A stretch of 64,000 nucleotides of DNA from Glaucostegus cemiculus (taxonomy: Eukaryota), in assembly GCA_976551045.1 (NCBI GenBank), contig CDPCPM010000367.1, forward strand, positions 744,001-808,000, read 5' to 3'. The position numbers were made by a program, and so were the translations under genes. Below, in pieces: positions 13,604 through 26,254 of the stretch (position 1 is its first letter; each line of letters starts with the position of its first letter). Under the pieces are notes generated by a model, which saw nothing but the letters and a program-made list of their open reading frames with translations, had not been told where the DNA came from and searched no databases.

Positions 13604-13779
13604 CTGTACATTTAAACATAGGTACTTTGAAATCATAGACAACAAGTATATGAAGTGACAGTCTCCCTCATAAATGTAGCATAAACATCCCATTTTTATG
13701 CATGTGGATACGTCTGACATCATGCTTACTCAGTTCATTTTGACTACAGATAACAAGGGACAGAGGTTTGAAAAAAAAA

Positions 13780-13875
13780 AACAAAGACTGCAGAACCCCG
13801 ATTACTGAAATAAAAACTAAAAAAAAAATCTGGAAATACTCAGCTGAGGCATCATCAGTGGAGAGAGAAATCTTC
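13780..13875 (-). mobile_element. Short Penelope-terminus-derived element
   Basis: aaagactgcaga...ctggaaatactcagc...ggcatcatc...gtggagagagaaa; same motif family as 14500 and 61355. Confidence 0.5.
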
Positions 13876-14399
13876 TATCATTTTCTGATTCAGATCAGAG
13901 GTAAAAGAATAAAGTTGCAGTTGGTAAGTTTCAAATGTGTCAGGAAAAAATGGAAAGCTGGAATATAGCAGAATTAGTCTGAAACAGTAGGATTCTCAAA
14001 TGCTTCTAAAAGTCCCCATCTGCAATTTCCATCTTTTGTTAAGTAAACATTTAATAATTTTCTGCATTAGTCAGCTGTTCCAAATTCATAAGACTCTTAT
14101 AAACTGACCAATTTGTTAAATAATTCTAATAATGGTAGGAGTCATCCAACAGTGACCCAGCTAAGATTTCCATCAGGAACATAACATACAGTACAACTCA
14201 TCTGGATTAAATTGTTTGAAATAAAAAACTTATCCATAGCCAATGCAAGAATCTCAAATTCTTGCACACTGAAATTAAAATTCACATCTTTTTCCAAAAG
14301 ACACAAATTAAAATTATGAAAAATACAGTAGTTAAAAAGCAAAAAAACTAAATGCTTATCATCAGTAAATTGAACTTTAATTTGTGTTTTTGTGAATGT

Positions 14400-14500
14400 T
14401 GCGTCCCTAATGCTAAGTGCCTGTGTTGCTGCTGCAGATAAATTTTTTATTTCACCTGTGCATATATGTACTTATGCGTATGACAATAAACTCGATTTTA
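14400..14500 (+). mobile_element. Rex/Babar-type LINE 3' tail
   Basis: gctgctgca...tgtactt...tatgacaataaactcga; related tails at 16513-16550 (-), 18025-18100 (+) and 51080-51165 (+). The family name is from memory of fish Rex1 ends. Confidence 0.5.
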
Positions 14501-14502
14501 AC

Positions 14503-16055
14503 TGAGAAAATGCTGGGGATACTCGGCAAGTCAGGCAGCATCTGTGAACAGAGAAACAGTCAATGCTTCAGGTTAATGATCCTTCATCAAAGCTGGAAGA
14601 ATCAAACAAGCATGATTAATGTTGCAAGGTGGAGGGATGATTGCATTGGTGCTGCTTTCTGTACAAAGAGAATGCAAAAATTTCATTACCTTTGCTGCTA
14701 ATTTCCACCCAGCCCTCACTTTCACATGGTCCATATTTGACTCTTCCCTTGTCTGAACTCCATCCAGGAGGGTAGGTTAGCACCTAATATCTATAATAAG
14801 CTTGCATATTTCCACAGCTATCCTGTCTACACCTTGTCCATACCCCACTTGCTGCAAGGATTCCATTCCATTCTACCAGTTTCTCCATCTGTCCCATCTA
14901 TTCCAAAGATAGGACTTTCAACATCAGTGCTTCTGAGAAGTCTTCCTTTTTGGTTAATAGTGACTTCCTCTCTACAATTATTGACAGGACTCTCAACCTC
15001 ATCTTTTCCTACACTTTTGGTCTTATCCAATCTCTTCCCAGCCAAAGCAAGGACAGGGTTCCCTTTGACTTCTCCACCCACCAGCTTCCACATTCAAGGG
15101 ATATCCTCCATAACTTCTGCCACCTTCAATGAGATTCCACCACCAGATACATCCTATTCTCTCCATGCAGCATTCTGAACGGACTGTTCCCTCCATGGTT
15201 CCCTCATTTTCTCTTCCACCTCCATCAACCACTCCCTTTCTCATGGCACTTTCCCCATACAACTGCCAGAAATGCAACATCTGCCCTTTCACCCTGTCTC
15301 CACATCCACTCCTTCAAGATGAAGCAGTAATTCACTTGCACTTCTTCCAACTTTAGTGTTTTGCATTTGGTGCTCAAGACTTCCCCACCTCCACAATGGA
15401 AAAACCAAATGCAGATTGGGTGACTGCTTTGTAAAACTCCTTCAGAGCTTGAGGGTGACCCTGGTCACTCAATCTTTAATTATCCACTGCAACTCTGACC
15501 TAACTGCACTGTTTCACCAAATCCCAAGCTAAAGCTCCCTCTAAGCTCCTCATCTTCCATCTTGGCACATGCAGCCCTCAGGACTCAATGAATTCAACAA
15601 TTTCTGATAATCAAGTTCTTACAAATGGAAGAATGTGTGAGAAGTGGCTATTCTAATGCAAGATTATGCAGCTATACTATCTCAGTTTCCTCTCGCTCCA
15701 CAGATGCTAATTCATTTTCTGAGCATTTCCAGCAAACACTGTGTTCAGCATCTCAGTTCCAGCATGTTTTAAACTACTTATTCATCTTCCTCTAATAACA
15801 CTCTGAAAGGCAGATTAACTGTGATTAACAAACATTCATTTTCCTTTTGGTAGTGATTGTTTTACAGAGTCAATCTTTGTCACTCTCCTATCAGATATTC
15901 CTTTGTTATCTCCACCTTCCCCCTCTCGACTACTTAAAACATGCTTCCTTTTCCAATGTTCCTGTTTTGCTGAAGGATTCCTTGACCTAAAATGTTTATT
16001 TATTTCTCTCTTGATAGAGGCTGTCTTACCTGCTGAGTAACCCAGCATTTTCTGA
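14503..16055 (+). mobile_element. Decayed Penelope-like element: inverted terminal piece (14503-14620), RT C-terminus and GIY-YIG endonuclease (14637-15620), direct terminal pieces (15690-16055)
   Basis: Frameshifted DDCIGA..., NFHPALTFTWSI, CKDSIPF-QFL, C-KC-ICP zinc-finger linker and CTSSN-V-CI-C...L--G-TK-RLGD-F GIY-YIG motifs. Confidence 0.85.
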
Positions 16056-17304
16056 CTTTACTGCATAAAAGGATTAGATGTGAAAAGCCGTACCAGACAT
16101 CGGTAGCTGGAAAGGCAAGACTCTGCAGCAGAGATTCAGAAGCCTCACAGACCGTACTCAACCTCCTCTTAGGCTTTTCCTATTTCAAATGCATTCAGCA
16201 ACTCCAAAAAAAATTCCCATCTGAAGCTAAATTTCCCATCTCTATCAAGTAACCTTTGACACACCAATTCATTGCACCATTAGGATAACCCAAAAACCAG
16301 ATGGTATACACACATTAAGACAAAATACTATTGCACTGGTCACCTGTGGTTCTTTCTGATTTTAGGGTAGTTGATTAGCTCTGGGAAACTGTCAAGATTA
16401 ACGTTACATTCTTCCACTGTATTGATGCTTGAAACTGAATGTTCACATTTAAGAAAGCAGATTTTGACCAATTTGTATTTACTTCCCAACATTTGACACA
16501 TCTAGATTTTACTTGAAAAGTCGAGTTTATTGTCACATGCACAAGTACAACGGAAAAAAAACAAGATTTGGATTATATTCAAGGGTATATATATATATTT
16601 TTTACACGTTTTAACTGTTAGAAATAGGACAATTTGTAAAAGAACATGGTTCACATTTTGCTCCTGATGAGACGATGACCCAAAGGGTGGATCTTTTGAG
16701 CCACTGAGTTTCTCTCTACCTTGTCATAGAGATTGTTCAACATTTTGTGCAAAAGCTCACCTCCAGTCATTTTTGTTAATAAACCAGAGTAGTATAAATC
16801 ACATTTTCTTAAAAGGTACTGAGCCAAACTGTAAATATGGTAAAAATTTAAATCCAAAGGCTGAAATTAAATACGTTGATACCAAAAAAGGGAAATCTTT
16901 CTCACCAAAAGGCAAACTGACTATTGCACAATGTACAAACTAAAAATGCTCAAATACTAAAGGGAGCGTGCTGAACACACATATGATTATAACTTTAAAA
17001 CTGAGTTTTAAAATTAGTTTCCTTCACTTATGATAATTGCATACAACAGTGTACAGCAAATTGTGTAGGCTAGTTGACAATATCCTTATTTAAAAATGAA
17101 ATGTCCTAATCTTAAGAATCTAAACCTAATAAGTGCTATTTATTCCCAGCAAAATAGAAATTCATTAAAACTTTTCAATGTCAGTTATGTGTATGAAATG
17201 TTGATATAAAACTCTCAAAAATAGTTTATTACAATGATAGCATCTGAAACTTCAAACTTTACATTCATGATTTTTTTGACACTTTATAGAAAACCAGTAC
17301 TTAC

Positions 17305-17421
17305 CTTCGATAGCAGGACTATATTGGGACATGACATTACTGGCTAGAGTTGGAAGAGATACAGCAACAAACACCATCAGGAGGCAAGCAATTTTATATT
17401 CTTCCTCTGGGCTAATATTCT
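17305..17421 (-). CDS. NCKAP1: NCKAP1 coding exon (~exon 28, 117 nt)
   Basis: (E)[38 protein letters not shown](G); acceptor CTTCACAG, donor AAG|GTAAGT. Confidence 0.97.
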
Positions 17422-20404
17422 CTGTGAAGGATTGGGAGCAAGTATCAATTAATACCACAACTAGCAATATTTTAACCAGCATTTACAATTAAATTTTAGT
17501 CCAACTTTGCTAAATCTACTGCAAAAGTGTTAACAAAGCTTTAATATTTTTACATTATAGTAATGATGTATTTTGATACATAAAGTGGTACAAAGTCAAC
17601 TTGTCAAATAATATTCCTAATGCTTCATTCCTTTTATGATAATTTATGGCTATAAGCTTCAGGTCTGTTTCACTAATTTGCACTTAAATTCTAGTCACAT
17701 GTCTATGTCCTTATTCATCAATAGTCTCTCAAACAATAATCTTAATCTTGAATGCTCCGCTTGTCCTAACATTCTCAGCTTTTTGGGATAAGTGTTCCAA
17801 ATTGCCATCACTCTTCATGAGTAAATAAGCACTTACCAATTTCATTCCCGAGTGATCCAGCTCTGATTTTGTTAATTAGCTACATTACAATTGATTACAC
17901 CTCAAGTATATTTTGATTGTAACACACTTTGGTGCATCCCAAGGTGCTGAATCGCCAAACCAGTTAGTTATGTATAATTTACATTAAGTTTATGTTAACT
18001 TGCGTTTGTCACGTTTGTAAAGTACAGTGCTGCTGCAAAGAAGTTATTTTTTATGACATTTATACTCTGAATGTATGCTATGACAATTAACTTGAACTTA
18101 TGGTGAAGAAATCCACCTTTCAAATCAACTATCTTTGGAGTTAATTTTCCATTGCTGCTTACTGACAGAAGAAGGACAACATTTGGCTCTTGGAGACAAG
18201 CGGAGGGCTCCGACTAGGTTAAAAGTACTGCAATATTTAAAAATATATTCATTTATATAGAGCCTTTCACAACATTAGGGCATACCAAAGCACTTCATAG
18301 CTAACACTGCATCAGTAACTATATTTTATTATAAGTCATTGGCTGTAAAACTTTGAGACATCTAGGTTATGCAATATGTTTAACATATGCAATTGTTTTG
18401 CTTTAATTGAAGTACAATCACAATTCCATTGCCATAAAGATACAAGCAAAAGGATGTATCGTGAATATGAGGGAGTAGCAAAAGAGAATTTTGAAAGAAT
18501 CTATGGAAGTAGCCAGATAGCCTATGATATTTAAGTCATGAATCTTCACATCAACAAATAAGTACCAAAACTTTCATCTGTTAATAATCACGATGCATTC
18601 AGCCATACTATAATACTTCAAGGCCACTATTCATAATGTTCTGCTATTGGAAACTGAGTAATTGTGTGTGTGTGGGGGGGATGCAGTGATGCTGGCAAGA
18701 CTGCATTTATTAATCTCAGTTGTCTTGGAGGGTGGTAAAGTTATTTCAGAAAGTAATTAGAGAAGCCTGTAAACTAGATTGGGTAGGAATGGCAGTTTCA
18801 CACACTGAAACAATATTGAACCAGATGCATTTTCATAATGATGAGATTTGAAATTTTAAAACATGGGTCGTGGTACAGAACAACGACCATTGTTTTAACA
18901 ACTGAAATTTACCCGAATCTGGAAGACAATAGTATACTAAAACACCTAAATATATGATTAGATACAAGCTATACTTCAGTCTAATAAATAGTACAGAATT
19001 AGTGAATTAAAGGTGCTTATCCTCAGGTATTACTGGTTTATCATTCTATGCATCTAATTTCCTGGAAGCCCATGGAATTATAGAGGGATTTGATGAATTT
19101 CTGACCTTGGAGAATCACATTTTTATACATGATTTTCCTCCAATTCTTTTGCAAAATATGTTGCAATATATGAACAACAGCACTGCCAACTTTAAATGTA
19201 ACATAATCCCATACTTTGCACGTGGCAAACTCCGCAACACACTTTGACTGCTGGCTGAAACTGGAAAATTGAATGAATGCTGAACACTTTTCCAACAAGT
19301 CAGCCCATGCACCACTGGCCAATTTGCACCAGCGTCATGAATAATCAGCCTTCATCCATACCATGTACAATATAACTATTATATTGAATCGAGCATGATT
19401 TTTGGACCCATCATAACTAGGCTGTGGGGGAAGAGATGAAAAGGTCTAAAATTTAATGTTTTGATTAAAAATAAAACTTAGGGGAGCTTTGAAGACCACA
19501 AACATAAAAGGACACAGGAGCCATTCTATAAGATCATATCAGGCCATTCTATACGATCATAGCTGATCAACCTCAGGGTCACTATCCTATAATAATCCCA
19601 CATCTCCTGATTCTAATATTAAAAATATCCAAAAGTTTTACAATCCAAAAATGAAATGTAAATACAAAAACTGTTTCAGATTTTAAAATCTATTTTGTGA
19701 TTAAATGGACACCAAACCATCCTCAACCCAAACTATAAATAATTTTAGTAACAGACAAATGCAGATCTGTACGAATGAACTTACTTCAATGGCCTTATTC
19801 TTCCTCTCTAAAGCTCCAACACCTCAAGCACTCTGCAGATTCACCACTTTTCACATTCTAGTAAATTTCCCACCCCATGATTGAACAACTCAACCACTTC
19901 AGTCCACCTGGAATTCCTTTACTCAACCATTCCTTCTCCCCTCCAAAGTTTTCATAATTAAATACAGGTTTCCACTTCCATTTCATAATTACATTTTCAT
20001 TGTTATCTCAGCATGGTTATATTGGTAGCTGGAGCTTTCATGCCTCAGACCATAATGTGGATACTACTGGGATTTGAACAAACATGGTTGTCAGGCAATC
20101 ACATTCATCCATTGATGCTAGGTCAACTCCATTTACAGTGGCATCAAGAGCAAAATGTTTTGACAGAAAGAGCACTAACTTGATATGAACTCACATTGAA
20201 CATACTTCATCTAAAAAATAAATTTAGCATTAAAAATCCAGTAATGTGCAGCCTCAAAAAAACATTCTGCCTTCATTTATAAAGCCAAATTGACCTGGGG
20301 AGTGAAAAAATACCAACTTCTCTTTTACTATAAATGAATTGCTATTATGTAACAGAAGTACAACTGTTGCGAGGAAAAAGTAGATTCAGAACATTAATGT
20401 TGAA

Positions 20405-20624
20405 TACAGGTCCTCTCCAGGGTATGACAGGGTTCTGTTCCCGAAATCTGTTCGTAACCCAAATATTTGTCAGTTGGAAATGTAGTCGCAAGCCCAGTTC
20501 CCATATGGCAGGAGATGCCTGCAGCCCCACGGCAGTAGGCAAATTCATCCTGCCTTTCTCCCAAACTCTTGTTTGTATATAGGATGTACATAAAATGGGG
20601 TCATAAGCTGGGAAGAACCTTGTA
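20405..20624. mobile_element. pogo/Tigger-like MITE (~216 bp) with TA target duplication
   Basis: Left end TA|caggtcctctccagggtatg; right end cataagctgggaagaaccttg|TA, a degenerate reverse complement of the left end. Confidence 0.6.
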
Positions 20625-21429
20625 GTAAAATGACAGCAAAAATTTGTAGATGAAAAAAATATCCAGAAACTTGGTGGGGCGGGGCGGGGGCAAAAAAAAG
20701 TAGGAAGATACATTCTGCAGAATCAAATCTGTGAAAACGTACTTTTCATGGAGCTGCCTGGTCTTCTTCCTGCAGCTTTTGTAGGAAAAAGTCGAACAGG
20801 AAAGCTCAACACAATGAGTCACTCAGCTATAAGAAATATTGCTGCAGCTTCTTTAGTCCAGGCAGTTAGTAAACTGCAGTTCTATGAGCTCATGCAGATG
20901 ACATGAATGGAACCAAATTCTTCAATTCAGAAGTAATGGCAGATTCATTTTTCCACAGTTGTATAATGTCCTTTCTATATTTTTATTTACTGTTCAGAAT
21001 GGTTATCATACAGTATGTGTAGAGCCTTGTACGCTGCAATACGAATTTTCCTTTAGCAATTACCAGCTCCCACTTTTCCAAAATTTAATCCTGCAGTCAA
21101 AACCAAATTAAGTACCACAGAACTAAAGGGAAATAAATGTTAGGTGACACATTTGGAAAGAATTTCTGAAAAGAGTTTGAGCTCACTGAACTTTAGTGTA
21201 TTTTCAAACTAAATATCCAAAATTTTGTAATTAAACAGAAGTAAAATAAAATACACATAATATTTGGTCACTGATATCTAATCTAACAGGCTCACGAGAA
21301 GTCTCAAAGGATGAGTGCTGGTGGCATTAAATATTATCCTTCTAACTTAGCAATGAGAGCCTAAACATCCAGGATGCTTCTGCAAACTGTTTTGAGAACC
21401 CAAACTTGGAGGTGATAGCAAATATAGTC

Positions 21430-22100
21430 AAAGCTTCACAAGAACATTTATTTTCTGTAATAATCTTTGATGCAGCACATTACCAATATCTTCTGGAAAT
21501 CTAAGTGTAGCATATCTGCTGGTTTCCTTTTATTCACAGAAAATATTGCTTCTTTAAAGAATTGCAACAGATTGGTCAAACATGATTACTTTCACTAAAC
21601 CTCTGACTGCCTAATAATCTTCAATTTTCTACTTGCTTTGCTACAACATTTTTAATAATAGCTTCAACCATTTTCCCCATGACAAATGTTAAGCTAACTG
21701 GCCTGTAGTTACCCACTATCCATTTCCCCCTTTTTTAAAATTGAGTACATTTGCTGTTTTCCAATCTAATAGAACCTTCCCTGAATTTAGGCAATCTTAG
21801 AAAATTAAAACCAATGCATCAATAATCTCACTAGCCACTTTTAGAACCCTTGGATGAGGCCATCAGGAACTGGAAGGCTGACAGCCAACGACTCTAATAA
21901 TTTGCTTTGTATCACTACCCATGATTATAATTTTCCCAGATTCTTCCCTCACTTCTCAATCCCAATTTAGTGCTAGTTCATATTATTCATATCCTCTAAT
22001 GCAAAAAAACAATTTAATTCATGTCATCTCCCAGTTTTCCATTATTAATTCCTATGTCTCAGATTCTGTTGGACCAAGGCTTACTTTGTTAGTTTTAACT
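21430..22100 (-). mobile_element. Old CR1 LINE ORF2 fragment
   Basis: ttggtcaaacatgatt, gttaagctaactggcctgtagtt (minus strand NYRPVSLT), ggatgaggccatcagg (PGPDG-HP-like). Confidence 0.75.
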
Positions 22101-22424
22101 ATCAATAGAAACTCTACCATCTTGAATATATGCATCAACTGAACATTCATAGCCCTCCAAATAAGAGACTTCTATATTTACAATGATCAGTGAAGGTGGT
22201 TCTCCTTTCCAAATCCAACTATTTACTGAGGCCTATCCTAATTCTAGACTTCAAACTGAGAGAAGGGCATTTTACCATTTACCCTATAATACACTCTTAT
22301 GCATTCTAAGAATCAGGTGCAAAATATTTGATAAATCCACTGAATATATATCATTCTATTTGAAACATCACTGCACAACTCTCTCATCCCAAAAATTAAT
22401 TCTGTGCATCTTTTTGGCATGTTA

Positions 22425-24318
22425 AGAACATAGAACATTACAGCACAGTACAGGCCCTTCGGCCCAAAATGTTGTGCCTTCAATTTATCTTGCTCTAAGA
22501 TCTATCCAACCCTCTCCTCCCACATAGCCCTCCATTTTTCCATCATTCATGTGGCTATCTAAGAGTCTCTTAAATGTCCCACACGTATTTGCCTCCACAA
22601 CCTCTGTCGACAGTGTGTTCCATGGACCCACCACTCTGAGTAAAAAAAACACGCCTCCCACATCCCCTTCAATACATTCCTCCAATCACCCTAAAATATG
22701 CCCCTCACGTAAGCCATTTTCACCCTGGGGAAAAGTCTCTGACTGTCCACTCGATCTATACCTCATCATCTTGTACACTGCTGTCAAGTCACTTCTCATC
22801 CTCCTTCACGCCAGAGAAAAGTTCTAGCTCATTCAGCCTATCCTTATAAGACATACTCTCCAATCCAGGCAGTAGCCTGGTAGATCTCGTCTGCATCCTC
22901 TCTAATGCTTCCACATACTTCCCGTAATGAGGTGATAAGAACTGAACACAATACTCCAAGAATGGTCTAACCAGAGTTCTATAGAGCTGCAATATTACCT
23001 CGCAGCTCTTGAACTCAATATCCCGACTAATGAAGGCCAGCACACTATATGTCTTCTTAACAACCCTATCAACCTGCTCTGCAACCTCGAGGGATCTATG
23101 GACGTGGACCCCAAGATTGCTCTGTTCCTCCAAATTGCTAAGGGTCCTGCCATTAACCTTGTATACTGCCTTCAAATTCGATCTTCTTAAGTGTATCACT
23201 TCACTCTTCTGGATTGAAATCCATCTGCCACTTCTCAGCCCAGCTCTGCATCCTATGAATGTCCTACTGTAACCTACAGCAACCTTCTACACTATCCACA
23301 AAACCACCAACCTCCGTGTCATCTGCAGACTTACTAACCCACCCTTCCAGATCCTCATCCAAGTCATTTATAAGAATCACAAAGAGCAGGGGTCCCAGAA
23401 CAGATCCCTGCAGAACACCACTGGTCACCGACCTGCAGGTAGAATATGCTCCATCTACCACCACCCTCTTCTATGGACGAGCCAATTCTGAATCCACACA
23501 GCCAGGTTTCCCTGGATCCCATGTCTCCATGAGCCTTCCACGAAGAACCTGATCAAATGCCTTACTAAGATACATGTACACCACATCCACTGCTCTACCT
23601 TGATCAATGTGCTTTGTCACATCCACTGCTCTACCTTGATCAATGTGCTTTGTCACATCCTCAAAGAATTCAATCAGGCTTGTGAGGCACGACCTGCCCC
23701 TCATAAAGCCAAAGCTAACAGTCCCTAATCAGCCTATGCTTCTCCAAATGCTCATAAATCCTGTCTCTAACAATCTTCTTCACTAATTTGCCCACAATGA
23801 AGTAAGATTCACTGGCCTGTAATTCCCAAGGTTATCCCTACTCCCTTTCTTGAACTAAAGGACCAACATTTGCCACCCTCCGATCTGGCACTACTCCTGT
23901 GGCCAGTGAGGATACAAAGATCACTGCCAAGGACATAGCAATCCTTTCCCTTGCTTCCCATAATAACCTTGGATATATTCCATCCAGCCCCGGTGACTTA
24001 TCTATCAGAATGTTTTTCAAAAGTTCCAGCAGATCCTCTTTCCTCACATTGACATGCCCTAGCGTTTCAGCCTGTTGTATGCTATCCTCACAAACATCAA
24101 GGTCTCGCTCACTGGTGAATACTGAAGCAAACTATTCATTGACCTCCCCTACCTCTTCCGACTCCAGGCAAGTTTCCTCTTTTATCCCTGATTGGTCCTA
24201 TTCTCACTCTAGTCATCCTCCTATTCTTCATGCAAGTATGGAATGCCTTGGGGTTTTCCTTAATCCTACTTGCCAAGGCCTTCTCATGCCCCCTTCTAGT
24301 GCTCCTAAATCCATTCTT
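22425..24318 (-). mobile_element. Relatively young 5'-truncated HER1/CR1 LINE (~1.9 kb) with RT domain and 3' tail; non-functional
   Basis: DKSPGLDGIYPRLLWE, GRSCLTSLIEFFEDVT, SGVLQGSVLGPLLFVILINDLD, SKSADDT, LVRPFLEYCVQF; tail gggccgaagggcctgtactgtgctgtaatgttctatgttct; several frameshifts. Confidence 0.95.
23582..23660. repeat. 36-bp perfect tandem duplication inside the LINE RT
   Basis: (cacatccactgctctaccttgatcaatgtgctttgt)x2 + cacatcc; translates to DVTKHIDQGRAV twice. Confidence 0.95.
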
Positions 24319-24785
24319 ACACAGTTGTTGCTGGGACTTGAGGTCATGAGTTAAAGGGAGAGGCTGAAAAGGTGAGGACTTTATTCCCTGGAGCGCAGGA
24401 GAATGAGGGAAGATCTTATAGAGGTATACAAAATTATGAGGGGTATAGATAGGGTGAATGCATGCAGACTTTTTTCCTTCAGGTTAAGTGAGACTACAAC
24501 TGGAGGTCATAGGGTTAGGGTGAAAGATGGAATATTTAAGGGAAACCGGAGGGAGACCAACTTCACTCTGAGGGTGGTTCTGGTGTGGAACGAGCTGCCA
24601 GTGGAAGTGGTAGATGCAGGTTCAATTGTAACATTTAAGAGAAGTTTAAATAGGTGCATGGATGAGAGGGGTATGGAGGGCTATGGTCCAGGTGCAGGTA
24701 GATGGGACTAGGCAGAAAATCAGGCTGGCATGGACTAAATAGGCTGAAGGGCCTGTTTCTGTACTGCAGTGCTCTGACTTTATGA
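24319..24785 (+). mobile_element. HER1/CR1 LINE 3' fragment (different subfamily), head-to-head with the previous element
   Basis: ORF 24403..24711 MREDLIEVYKIMRGIDRV...RVVLVWNELP; tail ggctgaagggcctgtttctgtactg...tatga. Confidence 0.92.
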
Positions 24786-24986
24786 TGGAAAAACGTATTG
24801 CCCGACAGTTTACAGCAATAAGTCAAACCCTCTAGACCCAATACTAATTCCATTGTTTCACTGACTTTTACTATCTTGGGAAACTAATCTTACACTGAGT
24901 CTGCAAACAGGAGTCCAAAATAAAACAGTTATTGAAGATTATTCTGAAAGACGACTATTCATCAAGTTGCACATTCAATCAAATAC

Positions 24987-25080
24987 CTGACTTCTGTGAT
25001 GACAGAGCAACCACCAATGCTGGGTCAATTTCACAAGGCAAACCAGATGCTGAAGAGAGTTCATACACATTCATCGCAAC
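24987..25080 (-). CDS. NCKAP1: NCKAP1 coding exon (~exon 27, 94 nt)
   Basis: [31 protein letters not shown](E); acceptor GTGCAG, donor CAG|GTATTT. Confidence 0.96.
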
Positions 25081-25639
25081 CTGCACAGGTTAAGAAATCA
25101 CATTTAAGACAATAAAATATCTTTAAAGTTCTTCACATAGCACATGCCTGAACTCTACTTACTAAATCTTAAAACACAAATAGATAAAAAATATTATGCG
25201 GAATTTCACGTTAAATTGCCAATATAAATCTTAGAATTAATGCTTCACAAGGAAATGGATATGATGTAGTATTGGTGATGCTACTCTAGCTGGTCAGAAT
25301 TATTGCGGTTGTGCTATTATGCCAGAAGACTGCAGCGGAATAGATGCAACCAGTCATTTGATAGATGTGTTGTCAAAATGCTTGCTTCAAAGCCAGAATT
25401 ACACACGTACATGCATGGAGCAAGAGCTTGGCAACATCTGGGAATTAAAGATTAATCTCTGGGATAATTCTGTTAGCAAACAAGAAAAAGAATCAACTGC
25501 CAATTAAATCAATTTTCTTCATTGGTTTTAAAAGTACTGGAGATTAGGGGAAAGGGATTTGATTGGCAAATAACCTTAAGAATCCCTTCAATTTCTCTTT
25601 GCTATTGGAAGTGGATGTGCAAGGAATGCCACAAGGATG

Positions 25640-25920
25640 TACCTTTGGCTCTGAGATATGGGGATTGGTGGCATGGCAGGCATTTATTAACAACTTTTAA
25701 TTGTCCTGGAGAGGGTAATAACATGAACTTCTTGATTCCTTGCGACTTATGCAATGGTGTTCACGTGCACCTGCTGCCCACATTTTTCTTGGTGATAAAG
25801 GTGAGGGCTGCTAATGAAGCAGGCTTGGAGTGTTCTTGCAGTGCAAATGAAAGATAGTAGTGAACCTTGTTGCTGCATGATAGTTGTGGATAGGGTGCTT
25901 TGCCCGTGATTGAGGCTTTT
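25640..25920 (-). mobile_element. 3' tail fragment of the CR1/L2-group family seen at 2790-3860
   Basis: ggcaggcatttattaacaacttttaattgtcctggagaggg is the reverse complement of that family's tail. Confidence 0.5.
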
Positions 25921-26010
25921 GGTTATTAGATGTATTCTAATCGAGGCAAATAAAGAATATTTTATCATAATCTAACATAAGTAGCAGGAAAGTTTTGTGG
26001 ATATGCTATT

Positions 26011-26254
26011 GGCCGGCACGATAGCGTAGCAGTTAGCGCAACGCTGTTACAGCGCCAGCGATCAGGGGTCGATTCCCGTCGCTGACTGTAAGGAGTTTGT
26101 ACGTTCTCCCATGTCTGCGTGGGTTTCCTCTGGGTGCTCCGGTTTCCTCCCACATTCTAAAAGACATACGAGTAGGTTAATTTGGGGGTTTAAAATGGGC
26201 AGTGCGGACTCGTTGGGCCAAAAGGGCCTATTACCACGCTGTAAATAAAAAAAA
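26011..26254 (+). mobile_element. Near full-length tRNA-derived V-SINE (HE1-like)
   Basis: A-box-like tagcgtagcagtta, B box gggtcgattcc (26066-26076), V-domain gtttgtacgttctcccatgtctgcgtgggtttcctctgggtgctccggtttcctcccaca, CR1-like tail ttgggccaaaagggcct and A-rich end; CpGs retained. Confidence 0.92.

Noticed and set aside
16664-16700. CTGATGAG as a possible hammerhead core (also CTGATGA near 31074 and 46562)
   Set aside because: No stem II followed by GAAA and no closing stems.
17890-18400. Several degenerate DeuSINE/SacSINE1-like tails in both orientations
   Set aside because: Too decayed to assign family or boundaries reliably by eye.
26011-26085. tRNA-like A/B boxes
   Set aside because: Head of a V-SINE, not a tRNA gene; it continues into the V-domain and LINE-derived tail.
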